From assembly GCA_965222955.1 (NCBI GenBank), contig OZ244974.1, positions 1,756,506-1,820,505 on the forward strand: 64,000 bases of DNA. Reading direction: 5' to 3'. The DNA is from Hyphomicrobiales bacterium. Its GTDB lineage: Bacteria; Pseudomonadota; Alphaproteobacteria; Rhizobiales; CBDCVD01. Made by a program: the position numbers and the translations under genes. Shown one piece after another: positions 27,982 through 41,461 of the stretch (positions within the stretch are counted from its first letter, which is position 1; the number at the start of each line of letters is the position of its first letter). The notes under the pieces were generated by a model. It was given only the letters and a program-made list of their open reading frames with translations. It was not told the origin of the DNA and did not search any database.

Positions 27982-28929
27982 CTAAGACATGACACGCTCC
28001 AGAAAGCGCTCCGCTTCCAGCGCCGCCATACAGCCCATGCCGGCGGCGGTAACCGCCTGGCGATACGTATCGTCACTCACATCGCCAGCAGCAAAAACAC
28101 CGGCGATACTGGTGGCGGTCGAGGAGGCGTTCGTGATCAGCGTGCCGTTTTCCTTCATGGCGAGTTGATCAACGAACATTTGTGTTTGCGGGCGGTGGCC
28201 GATGGCGATAAAAATGCCATCTACATCAAGATCGCGCGTCTTTTGCGTCTTTACATCGCGCAAACGCGCCCCTCGTACCGAGAGCGGGTCATTATCGCCA
28301 ATGACCTCGATCAGTGTGGTGTCCCAATGGATGGTGATTTTTTCATTGGCGAACAGCCGCTGTTGCAGGATTTTCTCCGCCCGCAGTTCATCGCGCCGAT
28401 GAATGAGATGGACGGTGCGGGCGAATTTGGTGAGAAACAGGGCCTCTTCGGCTGCCGTATTGCCGCCGCCGATCACCGCCACATTCCTGTCGCGGTAAAA
28501 GAAGCCATCGCAGGTGGCGCAGGCGGAGACGCCATAGCCCTTAAAGCGTGTCTCCGATTCGAGTCCGAGCCATTTCGCCTCGGCGCCGGTGGCGATAATA
28601 ACACTATCGGCGTGATACCTGTCGCCGCCATCGCCGACAAGGGAAAATGGCGAGGCGGTTAAATCCGCCCGGACAATCTGATCGGCAATGATCCGCGTGC
28701 CGACGTTCTCCGCCTGGGCGCGCATCTGCTCCATCAGCCAGGGCCCCTGAACAGGATCGGCAAAGCCGGGATAATTCTCCACATCGGTGGTGATGGTCAG
28801 CTGGCCGCCCATTTGCACGCCGGCAATGAGAACAGGCTCAAGCATGGCGCGCGCGGCGTATATGGCTGCCGTATAGCCCGCCGGTCCGGAGCCGATGATA
28901 ACGAGGCGCGCGCGCATGGGACTGCTCAT
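27982..28929 (-). CDS. trxB: Thioredoxin-disulfide reductase
   Basis: GSGPAGYTAA, CATC, GGGNTA, YRQAVTAAG. Confidence 0.97.
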   Translation of the reverse strand: MSSPMRARLVIIGSGPAGYTAAIYAARAMLEPVLIAGVQMGGQLTITTDVENYPGFADPVQGPWLMEQMRAQAENVGTRIIADQIVRADLTASPFSLVGDGGDRYHADSVIIATGAEAKWLGLESETRFKGYGVSACATCDGFFYRDRNVAVIGGGNTAAEEALFLTKFARTVHLIHRRDELRAEKILQQRLFANEKITIHWDTTLIEVIGDNDPLSVRGARLRDVKTQKTRDLDVDGIFIAIGHRPQTQMFVDQLAMKENGTLITNASSTATSIAGVFAAGDVSDDTYRQAVTAAGMGCMAALEAERFLERVMS

Positions 28930-28982
28930 GGATAGGATACTTTCCGTTTACCGCCGGGTTGCCATGGATGGCACCCGCGCCG

Positions 28983-29456
28983 TTATGTATAGCGCACGTC
29001 GCTGATCTCGTAGCCGCGAACGCCGCCCGGGGTACTGACTTCAATGAAATCGCCGGCTTCCCTGTTGATAAGCGCTCGCGCTATGGGCGAGGCAATGGAG
29101 ATTTTACCCTCCCTTACATCGGCCTCCATCTCGCCAACGATCTGGTACACCCGCTTTTCTTCGGTATCATCATCGATCAGTGTGACGGTAGCGCCGAATT
29201 TTATTCTTGTGCCGGACAGACGGGTAACGTCGATGATCTCGCAGCGACCGATCGTGTCCTCCAGCTCGGCGATGCGGCTTTCGTTCAGGCCCTGCGCTTC
29301 CTTGGCGGCATGATACTCGGCATTTTCCGATAAATCGCCATGGCCGCGCGCTTCCGCGATGGCGGCGATGATGCGCGGCCGTTCGGTCGTTTTCAAGCGC
29401 TCCATTTCAGCCTTCAGGCGCGCGTGCCCGTCGATGGTAAGGGGAATCTTGTTCAT
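28983..29456 (-). CDS. greA: Transcription elongation factor GreA
   Basis: [27 protein letters not shown]. Confidence 0.97.
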   Translation of the reverse strand: MNKIPLTIDGHARLKAEMERLKTTERPRIIAAIAEARGHGDLSENAEYHAAKEAQGLNESRIAELEDTIGRCEIIDVTRLSGTRIKFGATVTLIDDDTEEKRVYQIVGEMEADVREGKISIASPIARALINREAGDFIEVSTPGGVRGYEISDVRYT

Positions 29457-29498
29457 TGGCGTACTCTCATGCTGCGTTAAAGCGCAGCGCTCAAAAGG

Positions 29499-32765
<3,267 letters not shown>

Positions 32766-33058
32766 GCGAAGGGCTTTCGGAGAATTACATCAACGGCATT
32801 TGCCGGTGGTTCATAGTTTGGCCTCAAAGCGTGATTTTTTCACAGTAGGTCGCAAGTCGGCGTGTTATATATGCGAATACCGCTGGTATTGCGGCGGGCG
32901 ACTTGTAGCGCAAGCGGCCAGCGAACACCAGCCATTTTGCCAAACATTGGCGCGATAACGCGGATGCAAAGTACTATCGATGCGCGGTCGTAACGTGCAA
33001 TCACTTCGCGTGCATCGGCGGTGCGTCGTACGAAAGCACCACGGTGAAAGGAGCACTC

Positions 33059-33499
33059 ATGGAGCAGGCATTGTGGCTTTTCGTTTATGTGCCCGTTGTA
33101 TACGTCGTAACGGTGGTTAATTATTTCCCCACGACTTTTGGTGTTTTTCCTCCTGCACTCGCCGCAATCGGTATTATCTGCCTCCTTACAGGCATTGTGC
33201 AGGGTTATCTTGCGCGGCAAAAATATCTGTTGACGTTTTTGCTTTTGCCTGCCGCCAGCCAATTGTATCTGGTCTTTGTCGGTTTCACGGACGGCAAGTT
33301 TGAACCCGGAGCGCTCTACTGGATTCTGCCGGCCTATCTGGCAACACAGGTATTGGCGGCAGGGTATCTTATCTATCGCTTCAGGGAAGCCAGATTGAGT
33401 GCTGTTTTTCTGGCGATTTTCTGTTTGAGTTATGCCGTTTTTGCGGCGTTTTTTTCGTCCATGGTCATTGTCGAGGGCTTTTTTCTTCCCCATGACTGA
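33059..33499 (+). CDS. Hypothetical integral membrane protein
   Basis: About 5 hydrophobic segments; AAGGAG RBS before ATG 33059. Confidence 0.7.
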   Translation: MEQALWLFVYVPVVYVVTVVNYFPTTFGVFPPALAAIGIICLLTGIVQGYLARQKYLLTFLLLPAASQLYLVFVGFTDGKFEPGALYWILPAYLATQVLAAGYLIYRFREARLSAVFLAIFCLSYAVFAAFFSSMVIVEGFFLPHD

Positions 33500-33546
33500 C
33501 CCCTTGCGGCTTTGCGCACATCACACGAGCAGCCAACGTGGCATGC

Positions 33547-33575
33547 TTGAGATGTAATGTCGTTTTCGCTATAAC
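33547..33575 (+). promoter_or_regulatory. Sigma70-type promoter of the metallopeptidase gene
   Basis: TTGAGA-N17-TATAAC. Confidence 0.6.
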
Positions 33576-33635
33576 GTTGCGGGCGGGCGCAAACGTTGCG
33601 GGCGGGCGCAAACGTTGCGGGCGGGCACAAACGTT
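33573..33635 (+). repeat. 19-bp tandem repeat x3.3
   Basis: AACGTTGCGGGCGGGCGCA units starting at 33573, 33592, 33611. Confidence 0.95.
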
Positions 33636-33654
33636 TAAGCGAAGGAGTGCACTT

Positions 33655-34563
33655 ATGCGCTGGCGTGGACGCAGACAAAGCCGGAATGTTGAGGATCGAA
33701 CGGGGCGCGGCGGCTTTCGTCTGCCTGGCGGATTTTCGCGCCGGCGCGGCATGGGCGGTCTGCGCCGTCCCGGGCGCCGTGGCGGCGGTATCAGCATTGT
33801 CACCCTGTTGATCATCCTGGGGGGTGCGTGGCTTTTTGGCATCAATCCCCTTGGCCTGATGGGTGGCGGCGATATGTTTTCCCCGGCGCCCGGCCAGGGT
33901 TTTCAGACTCCGGGTTCTTCAGTACAGAGCGAGTTAAAGGCGTTCGCGCGGACCGTCCTGGCGGAAACCGAGGATACCTGGGGGCAGGCGTTCAAGCAGA
34001 ATAATATGACATACAGAGAGCCGACGCTTGTGTTTTTCGCCGGCTCGACGCGCTCCAATTGCGGCTTTGCCAGCGCCGCCTCGGGGCCGTTTTACTGCCC
34101 GGCGGATCAGAAAATCTACATCGATCTGTCTTTTTACGATCAGCTCAAGCGCCAGTTCCAGGCGCCCGGAGACTTTGCCCAGGCCTATGTTCTGGCTCAT
34201 GAAGTGGGGCATCACGTGCAAAACCTGACCGGCGTGTTGCCGAAATTCGCCGCCTGGCGCCGCGGCCGGCCCGAGGCACAGGTCAATCAGATGTCTGTGC
34301 GCGTCGAGTTGCAGGCCGATTGCTATGCCGGTATCTGGGCCCGCCACACGGCGCAGAAAGGTCTGCTCGAAGAGGGCGACATGGCCGAGGCGCTCAACGC
34401 GGCGTCGAAAATCGGCGATGACGCCATGCAGCGCCGCGCCCAGGGGTATGTGGTGCCCGAGGCGTTTAATCATGGCACTTCCGAGCAGCGGTTTCGCTGG
34501 TTCAAACGCGGCTTCGATAGCGGCACGCTAGCGGCCTGCGATACGTTCAGTGCGCCGGTTTAG
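33655..34563 (+). CDS. Neutral zinc metallopeptidase (YpfJ-like)
   Basis: MRWRGRRQSRNVEDRT, GPFYCPAD, HEVGHH, ELQADC, HGTSEQR; AAGGAG RBS. Confidence 0.93.
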   Translation: MRWRGRRQSRNVEDRTGRGGFRLPGGFSRRRGMGGLRRPGRRGGGISIVTLLIILGGAWLFGINPLGLMGGGDMFSPAPGQGFQTPGSSVQSELKAFARTVLAETEDTWGQAFKQNNMTYREPTLVFFAGSTRSNCGFASAASGPFYCPADQKIYIDLSFYDQLKRQFQAPGDFAQAYVLAHEVGHHVQNLTGVLPKFAAWRRGRPEAQVNQMSVRVELQADCYAGIWARHTAQKGLLEEGDMAEALNAASKIGDDAMQRRAQGYVVPEAFNHGTSEQRFRWFKRGFDSGTLAACDTFSAPV

Positions 34564-34944
34564 AGCGTGTCAGGTCTTAAGTGAATCATTCTGACGGAGC
34601 GATTTTGCGACAAGATGGGCCTTAGAGCGTGTCAGGTCTTAATAGAACCATTCTGACGGAGCGATTTTGTGACAAGGCCAGGCAAAGTTTCGCAGGACAT
34701 AGTGGACTATTTTCAAGAGACTTTGCGCCGGCATTGGTGCAAAATCGCCCGTCCCTTCGGGTTTGCCGATTGGCGGGCGCCCACGCTCAAACCGATCTCA
34801 TGAGATGCGCCCACATCGCATGTCGATCGGCTCAAACGTGGGTCACCTCGCCAATCGGGAAACAGAATTGCTTCTATTAAGACCTGACACGCTCTAAGTC
34901 TCGCAGGATATCGTGGGGCTATTTGCAAGAGACCTGACACGCTC
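34563..34944 (+). mobile_element. Family A MITE (internally deleted) containing a nested full-length family A MITE at 34625-34894
   Basis: TIR GAGCGTGTCAGGTCTTAA or its complement at the four ends (outer right end shortened to AGACCTGACACGCTC); TA flanks both the outer and the inner element. Confidence 0.9.
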
Positions 34945-34958
34945 TAGCGCGAATATGG

Positions 34959-35720
34959 ATGCCAGGCCCGTATATGGAAGTAATGATCGTCATGCCGCAT
35001 GGCGGCCGGGTTTCCGTCGCCGTTTGTCGTCACCATCGGGCGCGGCGCTTTAGCCTGAGCGTCAGCCAGGCGAGCCGGCGGGTGTTGCTGACCATACCCA
35101 AACGCGGCTCCGTCCGACAGGCGCGCCTTTTCGCCATCGAACACGCCGCCTGGATAGAGCAGCAATTGAACCGGTTGGTGCCGGCGGTTCCGTTCGTGGA
35201 TGGCGCCAGAGTGCCCGTGCGCGGGCGTATGCACACGCTGCGTCATATGGCGCAGGCACGGGGGCCGGTCTGGCTGTCGTCAAAGAGCGGCCCGGACGAT
35301 CCCTTATTGTGCGTAGCCGGGCGCCCGGAGTACATGGCGCGGCGCGTGACGGATTATCTCAAGAAACAGGCGAAACAGGATCTGGTGCAAGCGGTGCATC
35401 TGTTCCAGGACGCCCTGAAGGTCTCGGCGAGCGCGGTGCGTATTGGTGATCAGAAATCGCGCTGGGGATCGTGTTCCGAGAGCGGCTGTTTGTCGTTCTC
35501 CTGGCGACTTGTCCTGGCGCCGCCCTTTGTGCTCGACTATCTTGCCGCCCATGAGGTCAGTCATCTGGTGGTCCTGGACCACAGCGCGGCGTTCTGGCGC
35601 ACGCTGGAGGCGGTGTGTCCGACGTGGCGGCGGGCACGGGACTGGCTGCACCGCGAGGGCCCGGCGCTACACGCCTATGGCGCTTCAGAAGATTTTTCCA
35701 CTGTGGCCAGAGCCTCGTGA
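34959..35720 (+). CDS. YgjP/M48-like (DUF45) zinc metallopeptidase
   Basis: DQKSRWGSCS, SFSWRL, DYLAAHEVSHL, HSAAFW; start uncertain. Confidence 0.9.
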   Translation: MPGPYMEVMIVMPHGGRVSVAVCRHHRARRFSLSVSQASRRVLLTIPKRGSVRQARLFAIEHAAWIEQQLNRLVPAVPFVDGARVPVRGRMHTLRHMAQARGPVWLSSKSGPDDPLLCVAGRPEYMARRVTDYLKKQAKQDLVQAVHLFQDALKVSASAVRIGDQKSRWGSCSESGCLSFSWRLVLAPPFVLDYLAAHEVSHLVVLDHSAAFWRTLEAVCPTWRRARDWLHREGPALHAYGASEDFSTVARAS

Positions 35721-35878
35721 GTATTCGCGTATAATTGTTTTATTTCAAAGCGCTATGTAATATATTTAAGGTGTTGCAACGAAAATAGGGAGCCCACCCG
35801 CCCCCAATGATAGGGCTTGCCAGCACGGGTTCGGCTCGCTATGCTCCCGTCTCCGCGAAACTGCATTGGGGAGCATTC

Positions 35879-36328
35879 ATGCGTGCACAGATTGGCGATC
35901 AACTCAAGGAAGCCATCAGAAAGAAGGAGAAGCGCCGGGTTGCCACATTGCGTCTGATCCGCGCCGCAATCAAGGATCGCGATATCGCCGCCCGCGGAGA
36001 GGGGGCCGAGCGCATCGATGACGAAGAGATTTTGCAGGTGTTGCAAAAGATGGTCAAACAGCGCAATGAAGCGGTCAAGACCTACGAAGAAGCGGGGCGC
36101 CTGGAACTGGCCGAGCAGGAGCGCGAGGAAATTGACATCATCACCGCATTCCTGCCATCACAGATGGAAGCGCAGGCGGTGCATCTGGCGGTGGTGGAGG
36201 CGATCGACGATACAAAAGCACAGGGCCTGCGCGATATGGGAAAGATCATGGGCCATTTGAAGACAAAGTATCCGGGGCGTATGGATTTTGGCCTTGCCAG
36301 CAAGTTCGTCAGGGAAATCCTCAATTAG
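35879..36328 (+). CDS. GatB/YqeY domain protein
   Basis: TLRLIRAAIKDRDI, KMVKQR, GRLELAEQE, DMGKIMG. Confidence 0.93.
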   Translation: MRAQIGDQLKEAIRKKEKRRVATLRLIRAAIKDRDIAARGEGAERIDDEEILQVLQKMVKQRNEAVKTYEEAGRLELAEQEREEIDIITAFLPSQMEAQAVHLAVVEAIDDTKAQGLRDMGKIMGHLKTKYPGRMDFGLASKFVREILN

Positions 36329-36389
36329 CGCTGCGCGGTGTGTGTTCGCGGCATGAATCCGTTGAGGTGCGAGGGGTCGGGCGTCGACC

Positions 36390-38303
36390 ATGCGTTTTAC
36401 GCAAAGCTATCTGGATGAATTGCGCGATCGGTTACCGGTCAGCCAGGTGATCGCGCCCCATGTGAACTGGGACCGGCGCAAGTCCCAGCCGGCGCGCGGC
36501 GATTACTGGGCGTGCTGTCCGTTTCATCAGGAAAAAACACCCTCGTTTCACGCCGATGACCGCAGCGGGCTGTATTACTGTTTCGGCTGTGGCGAATCCG
36601 GCGATGCGATAAAGTTCGTGCGCGAAAAAACCGGCCTGTCCTTTGCCGAAGCCGTGACGCAACTGGCGCAGACCGCCGGCATGCCCTTGCCGGAACGCGA
36701 TCCCCAGGCGCAGGCAAAAGAGGATGCACGCCGCGATCTCTATGACGTGCTGGATATGGCCGCACGGTTTTTTCGCGATGCCCTGCAGGATGCGCAAGGT
36801 GCGGCCTGTCGCGGCTATTTGACAAAACGCGGGATTACCCCGCAGGATATCGCCGCTTTTCGTCTTGGCTACGCACCCGACGCGCGCAGCGCACTGAAGG
36901 GGCATCTGGGGGCAAACAACGTGACGCCAGCGCAAATGGAGGCGACGGGTCTTGTCGTCAGCGGGCCGGATATCGCCGTCTCCTACGATCGCTACCGCAA
37001 TCGGTTGATTTTCCCCATTGAGGATGCGCGCGGCCGTGTGATCGCCTTTGGTGGCCGCGCCTTATCGGCGGATGTTCCGGCCAAATATATCAATTCGCCG
37101 CAGACGCAGTTGTTTGACAAGTCGCGCGTACTCTACAATCTGAAAAATGCGCGCCAGGCCGCCCACGAGGGGGCACCGCTTGTCGTTGTCGAGGGGTATA
37201 TGGACGTGATCGCTTCGGTGGGAGCGGGCATGTCCGCCACCGTGGCACCCCTGGGCACCAGTCTGACGCGCGAGCAACTGGCCCTGATGTGGCGCTTTTG
37301 TGATGAGCCGGTCCTGTGTTTCGATGGCGACGGGGCCGGTCGAAAAGCCGCCGGCAGGGCCGCCGATATGGCGCTGCCCCTGCTTGCGCCGGGAAAGTCG
37401 GTAACGTTTTGCCTCCTCCCCGAAGGCCTGGACCCCGACGACGTCATCACCCGCCACGGCGCTGACGCCTATGGCGAATTGATCGCCCGGGCGCAATCGC
37501 TGCACGAGATGATCTGGTCGCGAGAGGCCAATTCCGCGGTTGTCGAGACCCCCGAGCAGCGTGCCGCCCTGGAAGCGCGCCTTGGCGCCATCACCAACAG
37601 CATTGCCGATGCGTCCGTGCGGCGTCATTATGCCCAGGCCTTTCGTCTGCGTCTGGAGCAGTTTTTTAGCGACGGCACCCCGTCGCATGCGCCGCAACGG
37701 CGCTCTTATGGGCGCCGCGGCCACGATGAAAAATCACGCCGCATGCCTGTTGTCGCGAGCAATGCATTGAAAAACAGCCCTCTTGTAAGCCGCGCAAAAA
37801 CCGTTGCCTCGCCCAGAGAGGTCATTTTGCTGGCGACACTAATAAATCATCCGGGCCTGATAGACGATTATCTTGAGGAAATCGCCGCGGTTGATTTTTC
37901 TCATCCGCCTTTGTATGCGTTTCGCGATGCGTTGATCGATGTGTGCTCCGATGCGCCGCTGTCGGCGGAAGATGTTCGTAAGGCACTGGAAAAAAAGGGA
38001 TTTTCTGATCTTATGGACGCATTCGATGACGTTATATCCCGTCATGGTATCTGGCAGGCGCGGGCGCAGGCCTCCGATGCGGACGCCCTTGCCGGTTGGC
38101 GGCAGGCGTTGAGCTTGCATCGGCGGGCAAATTCTCTACATAAGGAACTGTCCGGTGCCAAAAAAGCTCTTGAACTGGAGCTGACCAACGAAAATCTGGC
38201 AAGGCTGCAGGATATCAAGAACCAGCTGAACGCGATGCAGGGTATTGAGGCGTTGATCGAGGATTTTGGTACGGCATCGGGAAAATCCGATTTGTTACGC
38301 TGA
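36390..38303 (+). CDS. dnaG: DNA primase
   Basis: CPFH..KTPSF..CFGC Zn finger, KYINSP, EGYMD, FDGD, DPD. Confidence 0.97.
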   Translation: MRFTQSYLDELRDRLPVSQVIAPHVNWDRRKSQPARGDYWACCPFHQEKTPSFHADDRSGLYYCFGCGESGDAIKFVREKTGLSFAEAVTQLAQTAGMPLPERDPQAQAKEDARRDLYDVLDMAARFFRDALQDAQGAACRGYLTKRGITPQDIAAFRLGYAPDARSALKGHLGANNVTPAQMEATGLVVSGPDIAVSYDRYRNRLIFPIEDARGRVIAFGGRALSADVPAKYINSPQTQLFDKSRVLYNLKNARQAAHEGAPLVVVEGYMDVIASVGAGMSATVAPLGTSLTREQLALMWRFCDEPVLCFDGDGAGRKAAGRAADMALPLLAPGKSVTFCLLPEGLDPDDVITRHGADAYGELIARAQSLHEMIWSREANSAVVETPEQRAALEARLGAITNSIADASVRRHYAQAFRLRLEQFFSDGTPSHAPQRRSYGRRGHDEKSRRMPVVASNALKNSPLVSRAKTVASPREVILLATLINHPGLIDDYLEEIAAVDFSHPPLYAFRDALIDVCSDAPLSAEDVRKALEKKGFSDLMDAFDDVISRHGIWQARAQASDADALAGWRQALSLHRRANSLHKELSGAKKALELELTNENLARLQDIKNQLNAMQGIEALIEDFGTASGKSDLLR

Positions 38304-38454
38304 CCAGCTGTGGCGCGGTTTTTGAACGGCTGTCCCGTATAACGGCTGTTCCGTATCTTCTGTGGGCGGGCCGGAAATGGCATCCATTTATGGTGCTGTC
38401 AGGGGTGCGGGCGTTTTGATGCATTTGTCTGGAATTTGAGCGCGGAGAGCGATC

Positions 38455-40737
38455 ATGGCAAGGAAGGCGGCGAAGCCTGCGAGCCGCAAGGAAAACAGCG
38501 CGACAGCGCAGGCCCGCAAGACGGCAGGGAAAAAGGCGACGCCGGAAGCGGCGCCGCAAGCCACCTCGCCCGACGCCAATGCAATAGACGCGGCGCTTCT
38601 CACCCCGACGGTGCAGGACATGATCGCGCGCGCCAGGGAGCGCGGCTTTGTGAGCTATGAGGACATTGATGCGGCGCTGCCCGCCGGGGGGGTCAATGCG
38701 GAGGGCATTGAGGCGCTGCTTGTGCATCTGGCGGATGCGGGACTTGCAGTTGGCAAGGGGGGCGCCGCACAGGCCCGGACGGACGGGGCGGACGGGGCGA
38801 ACGGGGCGAACGGGACGGATGGAGCAGCGGCCGGGGCGGCGGCCGGGACCGGGGCGCCTGAGCCTGGCGGGGCGGCGGCGGTTGCCGCCGGCGATCTGGT
38901 GGAGGCCAGGGCCCGGGCGTTAAGCAAGCAGGGCAAGGCGCGCGCTGTGGGCGAGCGCACGGATGATCCGGTGCGCATGTATTTGCGCGAGATGGGAAGC
39001 GTTGAGTTGCTCTCGCGCGAGGGCGAGATTGCCATCGCCAAGCGCATTGAGGCGGGGCGCGGAGCGATGATCCAGGGGCTTTGCGAGAGCCCTTTGACGT
39101 TTCAGGCGATTATCATCTGGCGCGATGAGTTGAATGAGGGCAAGATCCTTTTACGCGACATCATTGATCTTGAGGCGACCTATGCGGGCCCGGACGCGAA
39201 GCCGGCAGCCGACGGCGAGCCGCAGGCGTCGGCGGATACGGCGCCCGGGGAGGATGGCGAGACCGGGGCCGCCAGCGGTCGTAGCACGACAGGCGGTCGT
39301 AGCACGACGGGCAGCCGTAGCACGACGGGCAGTCGCAATACAGCAGCAGGCTCCGGCGCGGACGGGACCGGGGGCGCCAAAACCGATACGGGTGCCAATG
39401 CGGGTGGCGATACGGGTGCGGATAGGGGGGCTGACACTGGCGAGGACGAGGACGAGGACGATTTTGAGAACGCCCTGTCCCTGACGGCGATGGAGGCGGA
39501 GCTTAAGCCGCAGGTTGTGGCGACGTTTGATCTGATTGCGGGGGATTACAAGAAGCTTCGACGGCTGCAGGACCAGAGCGTTGCGCAGCAGCTTCAGAAC
39601 AAGCGTCTGAGCCCCTCGCAGGTTCGCCGTCTGAACAGGCTCAAGAGCGACATTATCGAGCGGGTTCAGGGGTTATCCCTGAACCAGAGCCGTATTGATG
39701 CGCTTGTTGAGCAGTTGTACATGATCAACAAGGATTTGATCCGCCTTGAGGGTCGGCTTCTTCGTCTGGCGGAGTCTTATGGGGTGTCCCGGGAGGCGTT
39801 TCTGGAGCACTATCATGGCCAGGAGCTTGATCCGCACTGGGTTGCGTCGGTAGGTTCTCTTTCGTCTTCGTGGGGGGAGTTTGTGTCGCGCGAGGGGGCG
39901 ATGATTGCGGCGCTACGCGAGGAGGTTCAGTCCCTGGCGCAGGCGGCGGGGCTTGATATCGGGGAGTTTCGCCGCATTGTGCATACGGTGCAAAAGGGCG
40001 AGCGGGAGGCGGCGGTTGCGAAGAAGGAGATGGTCGAGGCGAATTTGCGTCTTGTGATTTCGATTGCGAAGAAATACACCAATCGGGGTCTTCAGTTTCT
40101 GGACCTGATCCAGGAGGGCAATATTGGTTTGATGAAGGCGGTGGACAAGTTTGAGTATCGCCGCGGCTACAAGTTTTCGACCTATGCGACGTGGTGGATC
40201 CGCCAGGCGATCACCCGTTCGATTGCGGATCAGGCGCGCACGATCCGCATTCCTGTTCATATGATCGAGACGATCAACAAGATTGTACGCACATCGCGTC
40301 AGATTTTGCACGAGATCGGCCGCGAGCCCACTCCTGAGGAGTTATCGGAGAAGCTGGCGATGCCTCTTGAGAAGGTGCGCAAGGTGTTGAAGATCGCCAA
40401 GGAGCCGATCAGTCTTGAGACGCCCATTGGCGACGAGGAGGACAGTCATCTGGGGGATTTTATCGAGGACAAGAACGCGGTTTTACCGATCAACGCGGCG
40501 ATCCAGACGAATTTACGGGAGACGACGACGCGGGTGCTGGCCTCGTTGACGCCGCGCGAGGAGCGTGTGTTACGCATGCGTTTTGGCATTGGGATGAACA
40601 CCGATCACACGCTTGAGGAGGTTGGCCAGCAGTTTTCTGTAACGCGCGAGCGCATCCGGCAGATTGAGGCGAAGGCGTTACGCAAGCTCAAGCACCCGAG
40701 CCGTTCGCGCCGCCTGCGCAGTTTTCTCGACAGTTGA
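38455..40737 (+). CDS. rpoD: RNA polymerase sigma factor RpoD
   Basis: [47 protein letters not shown]; follows dnaG. Confidence 0.98.
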   Translation: MARKAAKPASRKENSATAQARKTAGKKATPEAAPQATSPDANAIDAALLTPTVQDMIARARERGFVSYEDIDAALPAGGVNAEGIEALLVHLADAGLAVGKGGAAQARTDGADGANGANGTDGAAAGAAAGTGAPEPGGAAAVAAGDLVEARARALSKQGKARAVGERTDDPVRMYLREMGSVELLSREGEIAIAKRIEAGRGAMIQGLCESPLTFQAIIIWRDELNEGKILLRDIIDLEATYAGPDAKPAADGEPQASADTAPGEDGETGAASGRSTTGGRSTTGSRSTTGSRNTAAGSGADGTGGAKTDTGANAGGDTGADRGADTGEDEDEDDFENALSLTAMEAELKPQVVATFDLIAGDYKKLRRLQDQSVAQQLQNKRLSPSQVRRLNRLKSDIIERVQGLSLNQSRIDALVEQLYMINKDLIRLEGRLLRLAESYGVSREAFLEHYHGQELDPHWVASVGSLSSSWGEFVSREGAMIAALREEVQSLAQAAGLDIGEFRRIVHTVQKGEREAAVAKKEMVEANLRLVISIAKKYTNRGLQFLDLIQEGNIGLMKAVDKFEYRRGYKFSTYATWWIRQAITRSIADQARTIRIPVHMIETINKIVRTSRQILHEIGREPTPEELSEKLAMPLEKVRKVLKIAKEPISLETPIGDEEDSHLGDFIEDKNAVLPINAAIQTNLRETTTRVLASLTPREERVLRMRFGIGMNTDHTLEEVGQQFSVTRERIRQIEAKALRKLKHPSRSRRLRSFLDS

Positions 40738-40815
40738 CACGCTCTGGCCGGGCAATTTCAGCAGGGTGTCCCCGAAAAACCCATCGGCTGGTCCTGGCCA
40801 TTCATCTGATCATTA

Positions 40816-41088
40816 GAGCGTGTCAGGTCTTAATAGAAGCAATTTTCGTTTCCCGATTGGCGAGGTGACCCACGTTTGAGCCGATCGACATGCGATGTGG
40901 GCGCATCTCATGAGATCGGCTTGAGCGTGGGCGCCCGCCAATCGGCAAACCCGAAGGGACGGGCGCTTTTGCACCAATATGGGCCTTAAGTCTCTTGTAA
41001 ATAGCCCCACTATATCCTGCGAGACTTAAGGCCCATCTTGTCGCAAAATCGCTCCGTCAGAATGGTTCTATTAAGACCTGACACGCTC
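40816..41088 (-). mobile_element. Family A MITE (273 bp)
   Basis: Perfect TIRs, TA flanks; reverse orientation relative to the 34625 copy. Confidence 0.92.
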
Positions 41089-41096
41089 TAGAGGTG

Positions 41097-41178
41097 TTCG
41101 ATTTGTCCAGTATTGTCAAGGGCGCTTCGCGCCGCTTTCAGCGGTTTCTAAACCCTTGACAATACTGGATAAATCGAA
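41097..41178. repeat. Palindrome with 26-bp arms inside a family C-type element
   Basis: TTCGATTTGTCCAGTATTGTCAAGGG ... CCCTTGACAATACTGGATAAATCGAA (one mismatch); outer IR CATTCATCTGATCAT (40799-40813) / ATGATCAGATGAATG (41187-41201). Confidence 0.85.
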
Positions 41179-41308
41179 AAAAAGCGATGATCAGATGAAT
41201 GACCCGGTATGGCCTTGCCGCAGATGGCCGCCCGCGCCCACCACGTAAATGCCGCAATAATACGCTTTGCTCAAACGCGGTTTGAGTTTACCACAAAAGT
41301 AGCATTTT

Positions 41309-41461
41309 ATACCAAGGGGCGTTGCGTTTGACTCCTGGCCTATAGCAAAATGCGTTTAATACCAAGGGGCTTCGCGTTTGACTCCTGACTTGGTTTAAAA
41401 CCGTTGTCTTATCAGCACGATACACAAGTCAGCGTGTACAAAACGCCAATATCGCTGGTAT
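41309..41461 (+). repeat. Family B elements: partial (41309-41339) plus full 103-bp copy (41359-41461)
   Basis: ATACCAAGGGG..GCGTTTGACTCCTG twice; second copy ends CGCTGGTAT. Confidence 0.88.

Noticed and set aside
34629-34940. Short ORFs inside family A MITEs (also at 40813, 49320, 50462, 58069)
   Set aside because: They begin or end in the TIR, differ in frame and length among copies, and show no protein motif.
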